Below are positions 25,507 through 32,584 of a stretch of DNA of 64,000 nt, piece after piece (within the stretch, counting starts at the first letter, position 1; each line of letters starts with the position of its first letter). The stretch covers positions 22,745 through 86,744 of the forward strand of contig CAZRWN010000003.1 in assembly GCA_964603735.1 (NCBI GenBank), read 5' to 3'. A model generated the notes under the pieces. It ran no database searches and had not been told where the DNA came from. It saw nothing but the letters and a program-made list of their open reading frames with translations. Source of the stretch: an uncultured Sediminispirochaeta sp. GTDB lineage: Bacteria > Spirochaetota > Spirochaetia > DSM-16054 > Sediminispirochaetaceae. A program made the translations under genes and the position numbers.

Positions 25507-26454
25507 ATGGACAACGCAACCATTCTTTGGGATATCGAAAACGTAACACCCAAAAACGATCATAAATTTATTACAAACCTTTTCGATTTTCTGGAGGAAG
25601 AGAATAAGATCTCCTCCTCGATCTGTTTCGGCGACTGGACTCGGCCGCATTTGAAAAAGCTGCCGAGCAACCTTTCGGATTATAATTTTGAACTGATACA
25701 TATTCCCAAATCGCGCAAAAACAGCGCCGATATGGCATTGATTACCCACGCCACGGAAATGATATTCCTCTACCCTCACCTGCAGAGGTTCATTCTGATT
25801 ACCGGAGATGCCGATTTCAGACCACTGCTTACAACACTGAAAAAACACGGAAAAGATGTATGGATTATCTGCGACGCATCAAACGCCTCTGAAGATCTGT
25901 TGGCTCAGTCGGACAAATACTTCGACTACCGCAGCATTATGACAAAGGACTATGAAGAGGACCAGGAAGAGGAGTCAACCGAAACCATTTCAAAAGAGGC
26001 TGCCTTTCAGCTGTTCGCCGAAGCGGTGAATCTCATGCTCAAGCAGAAGAAAAAACCCAGCCCCGGCTCGGTGAAAGTAAAGATGAAACTCTTGAATGAA
26101 GACTTCAGCGAGGAGAAGATCGGCTACAAATCCTGGAAAGCATTCTTAGCCGACGCTATCGAACATACCAACGTAGAATACAGCCAGGAAAACAGCAACC
26201 TTCTAACCATCACCGACCGCAGCCGCACCTCGAGTTCTGGCCAGCTTCCGGAGATTTTTAAATACCTGCTAAATTCTTTGAGTGGTAACAATTGGACCTC
26301 ATTTGCCAAATCGAGCCAGCAGCTGCAGGAGAAGAAAATTTCAATTAAACGCTACGGATACAGCAAGTTCAAAAAGTTGGTCTTCGATGCGGAAAAACGC
26401 GGTCTCGTAGAGACTAAAAACGAGGGCATTCACTGGTACCTGCGAAAAAAATGA
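25507..26454 (+). CDS. NYN-domain (LabA-like) predicted RNase fused to two OST-HTH/LOTUS-like domains
   Basis: ILWDIENV..NSADMALITHATEMIF..RFILITGDADFRPLLTTLKKHGKDVWII is the NYN core. It is followed by two ~70-aa helical modules (KMKLLNEDFSEEKIGYKSWKAFLADA and KRYGYSKFKKLVFDAEKRGLVE). SD TAAGGAGAG lies upstream. Confidence 0.72.
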   Translation: MDNATILWDIENVTPKNDHKFITNLFDFLEEENKISSSICFGDWTRPHLKKLPSNLSDYNFELIHIPKSRKNSADMALITHATEMIFLYPHLQRFILITGDADFRPLLTTLKKHGKDVWIICDASNASEDLLAQSDKYFDYRSIMTKDYEEDQEEESTETISKEAAFQLFAEAVNLMLKQKKKPSPGSVKVKMKLLNEDFSEEKIGYKSWKAFLADAIEHTNVEYSQENSNLLTITDRSRTSSSGQLPEIFKYLLNSLSGNNWTSFAKSSQQLQEKKISIKRYGYSKFKKLVFDAEKRGLVETKNEGIHWYLRKK

Positions 26455-26483
26455 TTGCATTTTGAACTAAAATGACGTAGTAT
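26455..26483 (+). promoter_or_regulatory. Sigma70-like promoter for the second RRM gene (~95-nt leader)
   Basis: TTGCAT (26455-26460), 17-nt spacer, TAGTAT (26478-26483). Confidence 0.4.
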
Positions 26484-26580
26484 CGATCAAAAGACATGAC
26501 GAGATAGTATCTACTACTTGGGTTACTTCCATCTATCAGATCATTTCTTTAGTACTTTTTATTTCTTAGGAGCTTTTTGT

Positions 26581-26826
26581 ATGAACATTTATGTCGGAAA
26601 TCTCACTTATTCCGCCACCGAGGACGATCTGAAAAACCTTTTTCAGGAATACGGAACAGTGTCATCCGTTCGGGTAATTTTTGATCGCATGACCCAGCGC
26701 TCAAAGGGATTCGCATTTGTCGATATGCCCGATGATAATGAAGCAAACAGTGCAATCGATTCCTTGAACGGTTCGGAATTCATGGGACGAGCGATGAAGG
26801 TTAACCAAGCTAGAGAAAGAAGATAA
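26581..26826 (+). CDS. RRM-type RNA-binding protein (second paralogue)
   Basis: 81 aa with RNP2 IYVGNL and RNP1 KGFAFVDM. SD TAGGAG lies upstream, and I prefer ATG 26581 over the track start at 26518. Confidence 0.88.
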   Translation: MNIYVGNLTYSATEDDLKNLFQEYGTVSSVRVIFDRMTQRSKGFAFVDMPDDNEANSAIDSLNGSEFMGRAMKVNQARERR

Positions 26827-26878
26827 GTCATTTAGTTATATTCACTATTCTCAAGTGCTTCGGCACACCTTTCCGAAA

Positions 26879-26912
26879 AACGGCGCCACATCAACACTGG
26901 CGTCGTTTTTTT
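26879..26912 (+). terminator. Rho-independent terminator after the second RRM gene
   Basis: AACGGCGCCA (26879-26888) pairs with TGGCGTCGTT (26898-26907) with one G-U pair. A T7 run ends at 26912. Confidence 0.6.
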
Positions 26913-26924
26913 ATTATAATGGCC

Positions 26925-27127
26925 AGTATACCCCGTCGTGCTTATCCAGCGTCCCGGTCATCCGGCCGATGCGCTTGGCGAAGTAGTCGAGGCGGAAGGT
27001 CTGTTCGCTGAAGGTCTTGCCGCAGGAGAGGCATTTGAAGCGAGCCACCGTGGTACCACTTTCCGTGCACTGGCAAGGCAGTATGCCAGGGACAATCAGG
27101 ATTGGGACAAAATGGGGGTGAGAGCAT
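26925..27127 (-). mobile_element. Frameshifted N-terminal remnant of an IS-type transposase (zinc-ribbon region only)
   Basis: SD GGAGG precedes ATG 27127, which opens MLSPPFCPNPDCPWHTALPVHGK. The +1 frame continues TTVARFKCLSCGKTFSEQTFRLDYFAKRIGRM and stops near 26927. This is the pattern of IS1/IS1595-type N-terminal zinc-binding domains. No catalytic domain or inverted repeats are present. Confidence 0.45.
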
Positions 27128-27251
27128 AGGAACCTCCTCTAAAAAATTGCTTACACTCTACTAATAGAGGCTTGACGATGCTCATTTGCTTCAAAAAAAC
27201 AGGATTTTAGCCATTAAATATGGTACCCTTAGAAGAAAAAGGAGAGATAGA

Positions 27252-27740
27252 GTGAAGACACCTCATCCATCAGTCAAAAACATGTGGCAAGCATATTTGG
27301 AATATCTCGGCGAGACACCGCAGTCTACCTCGAAAACTTATACAGCCTGGCATTTTTGCAGCACTCAGCCGGCCGCCGATGAATTGGCCGAGCTGGTGCT
27401 GAAAGGAGAAAAGCGCTGTACAGCGACATCTATTTGGAGTCTCGAGGCAGAAGAGGAACCGTTGCCTGAGGTAGGTGATTTGAGCATAATAACCGATTGG
27501 AGCGGAAGAGCTAAGTGCATAATTAAAACCGTGGTGTTGGAAAATGTGCCTTTCAACGAAGTTACTGAAGCATTTGCAGCCGCTGAAGGCGAAGGTGATA
27601 AAAGCCTCGAATATTGGAGGAAAGTGCATCAAGAAGTTTTTTCGCAGGAGTTATCGGAACTCGGACTCAAATTTACAGAGCAGATGCCGGTTCTTTGTGA
27701 GACGTTCGAAGTAGTCTGGCCGCCACAGTCGGGCAGCTAA
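27252..27740 (+). CDS. ASCH-domain (PUA-like) protein
   Basis: AWHFCSTQPAADELAELVLKGEKRCTATSIW..AAAEGEGDKSLEYWRKVH is the ASCH pattern. GTG 27252 is preceded by AAAGGAGAG. Confidence 0.72.
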   Translation: MKTPHPSVKNMWQAYLEYLGETPQSTSKTYTAWHFCSTQPAADELAELVLKGEKRCTATSIWSLEAEEEPLPEVGDLSIITDWSGRAKCIIKTVVLENVPFNEVTEAFAAAEGEGDKSLEYWRKVHQEVFSQELSELGLKFTEQMPVLCETFEVVWPPQSGS

Positions 27741-27764
27741 AGGCACATAGAAGCTGAAAGCGAT

Positions 27765-29375
27765 ATGAAGGTTTCTTCGATTTCGGTAACAGCTATAGTA
27801 TTCGTTCTCTTGCTTTTGAGTATTTCAGGCTGTGTATCACAGCCTGCCGAACAGTCCGTCTCGACCACTGCAACCGAGGAGGAAGCGGAAGTACGCCAGG
27901 ACCAGCGCAGCCAGGTGAAAAAGTACAGCAGGAGCGAGGGGCTTCCGCCTTTCAACCTCGAACCGAAAACGGGAGAGGTAATCTTCAGTACAGTGCCGTC
28001 AGGCGCTGAAGTGGTGCTCAATGGACGGCTGGTAGGCAGGAGTCCACTGCGCTATGCCTTGTCGGATGGAACCTATAATGTGCGTGTGCAAAAGGAGCGC
28101 TATCACCCCAATAACTTTTATTTGGATATTCAGAACGATAATCTCGCCGCGGTACAGATTGAACTGGAGCCGTTTACCGGAAAGATAGTCCCGCGCATTC
28201 ATCCGCAGGATGCAGAAGTATTACTGAGAGGAGTACCGGTTGAGGAGTTCCCTTTGGAGCTGCCGGTAGGTACTTACAGACTGCAGGTGCAGCGTTTCGG
28301 GTACAAGCCGCTCAGCAGAACAATAGAAGTAAAGCGCAGCGAGACATCCCGACCGCAGTTCATCCTCGAACCGGCGCCCTTTGACCTGGAAACAGTTTCG
28401 CTCCAAGCGAAACGTCTGCGTCGGATCCCCCCGCTCACCGATCCGCGACTCCTGTTAACCGGAACAGTCAGTGGCCCGGGGACAGTTGAGGTCGAAATTA
28501 AGGATAGCTCGGACGTACTCGTTGATTCAAAGCAGATAATCTTGAATGCAGAGCCTGAGTTCAGGGCCGCTTTTAAGCTCGGCGAAGGCAAGTATACAGT
28601 AACTATCAGGGCTAAAGGAAAACGAGAGCGTGCGACTGTACTGCTGAAAAAAAAGGTTGAGGTGGTGAGTGAGAATACTATCGCGATCTTCAGCACTGGT
28701 ACACCTTCCTCCGGTGTCCCGGTGGGTGTACCCCGTTCTCAAAGCCTGCCCAGCGGAGTGCTGCAGGGCGGACTCAGCTTCAGTGCAGGCGGACCGGCCG
28801 GCTCATCAGCGGCACAGATTCCTGAACAGTTTCCCGCCCAGCTCAGTCTTGCAGCAGGCTTGCCGTATGCATTCGAGCTGCAGGGATCCGCGAGCTTCTT
28901 CATTCAGCGGGAAGAGTATTCTGACTGGGCGGGAACCGCTCAGATTAAAAAGGAGATTGCATCCGGCGGTAATTCACTCGAATGGGCCGGAGCACTCCAA
29001 CTGCTCGGAACATATCAACCGGGCTTTGAATCTGGAATCGGGGCTGGCCCTATTCTTGAACTGCGATATGTCCCGGAACCGGAGTATCTGCTGGGAATAG
29101 GATTCAGTCCGACTGTTCACTGGATGTTTCGGATGGAAAACGAACGCAATTGGAGAGGGCTGCTGCAGGGCGGCATTTTTGTACAGCGGGGCCGATGGGC
29201 TTACTCCTTTAGTTCGAAGACAGATACCGATTTCGAGCAGCTCTGGTATGCAGTCGAAATCAGCCGGCTCATTTTAGGCACCTCTATGCATATAAATTTT
29301 TCAGCCGGGGCGGTGGCCGGGGACAACTTCATAGACTACTATACAGGCGGCTTCGGATTTTATTATATTCGTTAA
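27765..29375 (+). CDS. PEGA-domain lipoprotein with a large C-terminal beta-rich domain
   Basis: The signal peptide has the lipobox LSISGC. PEGA-like modules are present (VIFSTVPSGAEVVLNGRLVGRSPLRYALSDGTYNVRVQKERYHP and a second one around AEVLLRGV). The C-terminal half has alternating hydrophobic and aromatic residues. Confidence 0.68.
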   Translation: MKVSSISVTAIVFVLLLLSISGCVSQPAEQSVSTTATEEEAEVRQDQRSQVKKYSRSEGLPPFNLEPKTGEVIFSTVPSGAEVVLNGRLVGRSPLRYALSDGTYNVRVQKERYHPNNFYLDIQNDNLAAVQIELEPFTGKIVPRIHPQDAEVLLRGVPVEEFPLELPVGTYRLQVQRFGYKPLSRTIEVKRSETSRPQFILEPAPFDLETVSLQAKRLRRIPPLTDPRLLLTGTVSGPGTVEVEIKDSSDVLVDSKQIILNAEPEFRAAFKLGEGKYTVTIRAKGKRERATVLLKKKVEVVSENTIAIFSTGTPSSGVPVGVPRSQSLPSGVLQGGLSFSAGGPAGSSAAQIPEQFPAQLSLAAGLPYAFELQGSASFFIQREEYSDWAGTAQIKKEIASGGNSLEWAGALQLLGTYQPGFESGIGAGPILELRYVPEPEYLLGIGFSPTVHWMFRMENERNWRGLLQGGIFVQRGRWAYSFSSKTDTDFEQLWYAVEISRLILGTSMHINFSAGAVAGDNFIDYYTGGFGFYYIR

Positions 29376-29378
29376 GTT

Positions 29379-29711
29379 ATGAATGAATCTCCGGACAAAA
29401 GACTGATTAAAATATTAAAGGGTTTGCCCCCCGCCGAAGCACAAAACCGACTAATGAGAATAACCGACCGTAATTTGGCCATTTGTATGCTGTATATGGA
29501 GGATATGGAACGCAATGTTCTGTTGGGACGTCTTGGAAAAATGAAACGTGACCGGGTTCAGCAGGAACACGGCTATGTGAAGCATCTGCGTTTGCGGTAT
29601 CCGCAGTACAGGTCGGTAATCGAACAGGTTATTATTAGTTTAGTGGGTGGAAAGGATATCGGCCCACGCAGCTATATCCGGCCGATTAAGCATGATAGAA
29701 GAAAATCCTGA
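29379..29711 (+). CDS. Small protein resembling a stand-alone FliG C-terminal / MgtE-N type helical domain
   Basis: 110 aa. RLMRITDRNLAICMLYMEDMERNVLLGRLGKMKRDRVQQE resembles FliG_C (VD.KDLA.ALKG..EEL.EKIL.NMSKRAAEML.ED). It starts 3 nt after the PEGA gene stop codon. Confidence 0.4.
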   Translation: MNESPDKRLIKILKGLPPAEAQNRLMRITDRNLAICMLYMEDMERNVLLGRLGKMKRDRVQQEHGYVKHLRLRYPQYRSVIEQVIISLVGGKDIGPRSYIRPIKHDRRKS

Positions 29712-29735
29712 GGCCTTACTATTTCCCTCACTAGT

Positions 29736-30503
29736 TCAGGGTTTGACTAGAGAACGGCCTGTATAGTCATCTCGATGCAAAAACACAGGGGTGTCGGCAA
29801 AATACTCATCAACTGCCTTACGTGCACCGGTAAAGTGTCCGTAATCATCCAGCAGAAGCACTCCGCCGGTTTCCAAACAGGGGTACAGATACTGCAATTC
29901 ATGCAGGGTGGATTCATACCAATCGGTATCGAGTCGCAAAAGTGCAATTTTACCGGGACTCTCCTGCGGTATTGTCTGCAGCACGTCACCTTCAACGGTG
30001 CATACCTGGCTTTCCGGATACCCGGTAGTATGAATATTGGCGGCAACCTCCTGACGGGGTATCGCCCACCAGCCGAAGTTGTTTTTCTCGCCCCGCAGAT
30101 CCTCATCCCACTTTTCTATAACCGGCTGACCGGTGTACGCAACCTTGTCATTTTCAGTAGGAGGAGTCATTCCCTGGAATGTGTCGAACAAATACAGGCG
30201 ACGCTCGGCTGCATCGAGGTCGAGCAGTGTCAGCGCCATCAGCATTGCTGCCCCGCCTTTCCAGACACCGCATTCGACGAAGTCTCCCGGTATGCCGGCT
30301 TTCACTACGTAATGCACTGCCGAGTAAAGGGCATACGCCCGTTCCATGCTGACCATCGTGTATGCGCGGATCCGCTCCCACAGATCAATGAACTCGCTTT
30401 CGAGATCGCTGCGAAACTGCTGCGGAGGAACCACCCCGTATCCGGAGCGCTGCAATTCCTCAATCATAGCCTGAAAATCGGTTCGGGAGCGTCCGCCTTT
30501 CAT
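29736..30503 (-). CDS. TylF/MycF-family (macrocin-O-methyltransferase-like) SAM-dependent methyltransferase
   Basis: GDFVECGVWKGGAAMLMA, LYLFDTFQGM and LRLDTDWYESTLHELQYLYPCLETGGVLLLDDYG are TylF-type motifs. It has an ATGA overlap with the ligA stop codon. Confidence 0.8.
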   Translation of the reverse strand: MKGGRSRTDFQAMIEELQRSGYGVVPPQQFRSDLESEFIDLWERIRAYTMVSMERAYALYSAVHYVVKAGIPGDFVECGVWKGGAAMLMALTLLDLDAAERRLYLFDTFQGMTPPTENDKVAYTGQPVIEKWDEDLRGEKNNFGWWAIPRQEVAANIHTTGYPESQVCTVEGDVLQTIPQESPGKIALLRLDTDWYESTLHELQYLYPCLETGGVLLLDDYGHFTGARKAVDEYFADTPVFLHRDDYTGRSLVKP

Positions 30504-32581
30504 TTTACCTCAATGCCTCCCTCTTCCAGACGTTGCAGAAATTCGTTTTCATCCACTATCCGTATGCCCAACCGTTGCGCCTTCTGCAGTTTGCTGCCGC
30601 CTCCGCTTCCGGCCAATAGGTGGGTGGTACTGCCGCTGACCTGACTGCTGGTTTTTCCTCCGCCGGCCTTCACATAGTCCATTGCCGCAGAGCGTGGTTT
30701 AAAATGCTCGAAACTGCCGGTCACACACCAATTTTCGCCCTCGAAAATCTGTGGAAATTGGTGTCGGCTTTCGTCGGCGGCACTGGACTCGGCTTCGAAA
30801 TTGAGTCCGACCTTTTTCAGCTCCTCAATCCGCTGCTGTACCTCCGGACGCGAGAACTCTTCTATTATTGTTTCGGCGGTTTTCTCTCCGATTCCCTTTA
30901 TTTCTACCAGCTTGTCGCTGTCGTTCTCCTCGGCAACTCTAATTATGTCATCTATCGAAGTATATCCGGCAGAAATGAGCAGCTCGGAGACGTTAGGTCC
31001 GACTTCAGGGATTCCCAGCGATGGCAGGACAACACGAAACGGCTGGAAAAGGCTCTTCTCCAATCCCGCCTTGATCGCGGCAATCTTCTTCTCACCGAAG
31101 CCCTGATATCCCTGCAGTCGGTCGAAGTCGAAACGGTACAAATCGGGCAGATCTTCAACAAACCCCTCTTCGATCAGTAACTCGGCAGTTTCCGGTCCGA
31201 GGTTTTCTATATCCATCTGATTACGGCCGATGAAAAAATGAATCCGCCCTCTTACCTGATCCGGGCATTTGTTGTTTCGGCAGAAGTGGTGGGCACCGTA
31301 CTCTTCAAGCAAACTTCCGCAGGAGGGGCAATGCTCCGGGATCCGCCATACCGGGTTCCCGACTTCATTTTTCTGCACTACTTTTTCTACCGCCGGAATC
31401 ACATCACCACGCCGTGAGACAGTAACCTGATCTCCTTCGGCGATTTCCAGCATCTCAATGTAGGACTGATTGTGCAGAGTTACGTTACTGATGGTTGAAC
31501 CGCCGATCTGCACCGGTTCAACCCGGGCTACCGGTGTAATCCGGCCGGTCCGCCCTACCTGCACATCTATCGATTTTATGGTGGTGGTTCCTTGCGGAGA
31601 TTCGAATTTGTAGGCAATCGCCCAACGGGGATGATGGCCGGTATATCCAAGCTGTTCGCGCACCTGCAGCTCGTTCACCTTCACTACCAGCCCGTCGATC
31701 TCGTACTCCAGGGAATCGCGCTGGGCAGTCGCGGTCTGAATATAGTTCGGCAGATCATCGAAGTGCCCGAAGCTCCACTCCGGGTACTGCCTGCGCAGCT
31801 CTTCCGGACTAAGCCGGTTGGAGAATACACCGATGCGTTTACTCACCCGAAACTCCAGGGCTTTGAGTTTATCCAGCACCTCTATGTGGCTCATCTGCTG
31901 CTCGGGAAAATAGCCTTCGTAAGCAAAGATATTCAGAGGAACCCCGGCTACCTCGCTGCTCTTGATGCGGCGCAGTGTGCCGGCTGCCAGATTCCGCGGG
32001 TTGGCGTAAGACATTTCCATTGTGCGGTTCAGCTCTTGGAAGCGGTTTTTCGGAAGATAGATCTCCCCACGGACTGCCACATCGACCGCCTCAGGCAGAC
32101 GCAGCGGCACAGTCGGAATGGTTTTGACATTGCTGGTTATATCATTGCCCACGAAACCGTTCCCTCGGGTCACCGCCCGCACGAGCCGGCCGTTTTCATA
32201 GTAGAGCACGATCGACACCCCATCGATTTTCTCTTCGACTACAAACGTGAGAGCCCGGCCGCTGCGTTCGGATGTGCGCCGAATCCAGTTGCTGACCTCC
32301 TCGGCTGTGTAGGCTTTATCGAGACTCAGTACCGGTACTGTGTGTTCAACTTCCGGGAAGGTTTCAGTGAGATCAGACCCTACCCGCTGGGTGGGCGAAT
32401 CGGGCTGTTTCAGATCCGGATACCGCTGCTCGATTTCTGCCAGCCGGTCGAACAGACGGTCGTATTCCTGATCGGAGACACTGGGGTGTCCCTCTATATA
32501 ATATTCATACTGATAACGACGCAAAAGCTCGGCAAGTTCCTGGACCTCTTGCCGAGCCTGGTCATGGTTAATATCTGACAT
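30500..32581 (-). CDS. ligA: NAD-dependent DNA ligase
   Basis: 693 aa with an adenylation site (VVEEKIDGVSI), a Zn finger (CPSCGSLLEEYGAHHFCRNNKCPDQ), HhH repeats and a C-terminal BRCT domain. Confidence 0.95.
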   Translation of the reverse strand: MSDINHDQARQEVQELAELLRRYQYEYYIEGHPSVSDQEYDRLFDRLAEIEQRYPDLKQPDSPTQRVGSDLTETFPEVEHTVPVLSLDKAYTAEEVSNWIRRTSERSGRALTFVVEEKIDGVSIVLYYENGRLVRAVTRGNGFVGNDITSNVKTIPTVPLRLPEAVDVAVRGEIYLPKNRFQELNRTMEMSYANPRNLAAGTLRRIKSSEVAGVPLNIFAYEGYFPEQQMSHIEVLDKLKALEFRVSKRIGVFSNRLSPEELRRQYPEWSFGHFDDLPNYIQTATAQRDSLEYEIDGLVVKVNELQVREQLGYTGHHPRWAIAYKFESPQGTTTIKSIDVQVGRTGRITPVARVEPVQIGGSTISNVTLHNQSYIEMLEIAEGDQVTVSRRGDVIPAVEKVVQKNEVGNPVWRIPEHCPSCGSLLEEYGAHHFCRNNKCPDQVRGRIHFFIGRNQMDIENLGPETAELLIEEGFVEDLPDLYRFDFDRLQGYQGFGEKKIAAIKAGLEKSLFQPFRVVLPSLGIPEVGPNVSELLISAGYTSIDDIIRVAEENDSDKLVEIKGIGEKTAETIIEEFSRPEVQQRIEELKKVGLNFEAESSAADESRHQFPQIFEGENWCVTGSFEHFKPRSAAMDYVKAGGGKTSSQVSGSTTHLLAGSGGGSKLQKAQRLGIRIVDENEFLQRLEEGGIEVK

Positions 32582-32584
32582 AAA

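Noticed and set aside
26938-27129. The plus-strand 63-aa ORF in the gap between the second RRM gene and the ASCH gene.
   Set aside because: It is antisense to the transposase-like zinc-ribbon remnant, which has an SD and recognisable CxxC motifs. The plus-strand product has no features.
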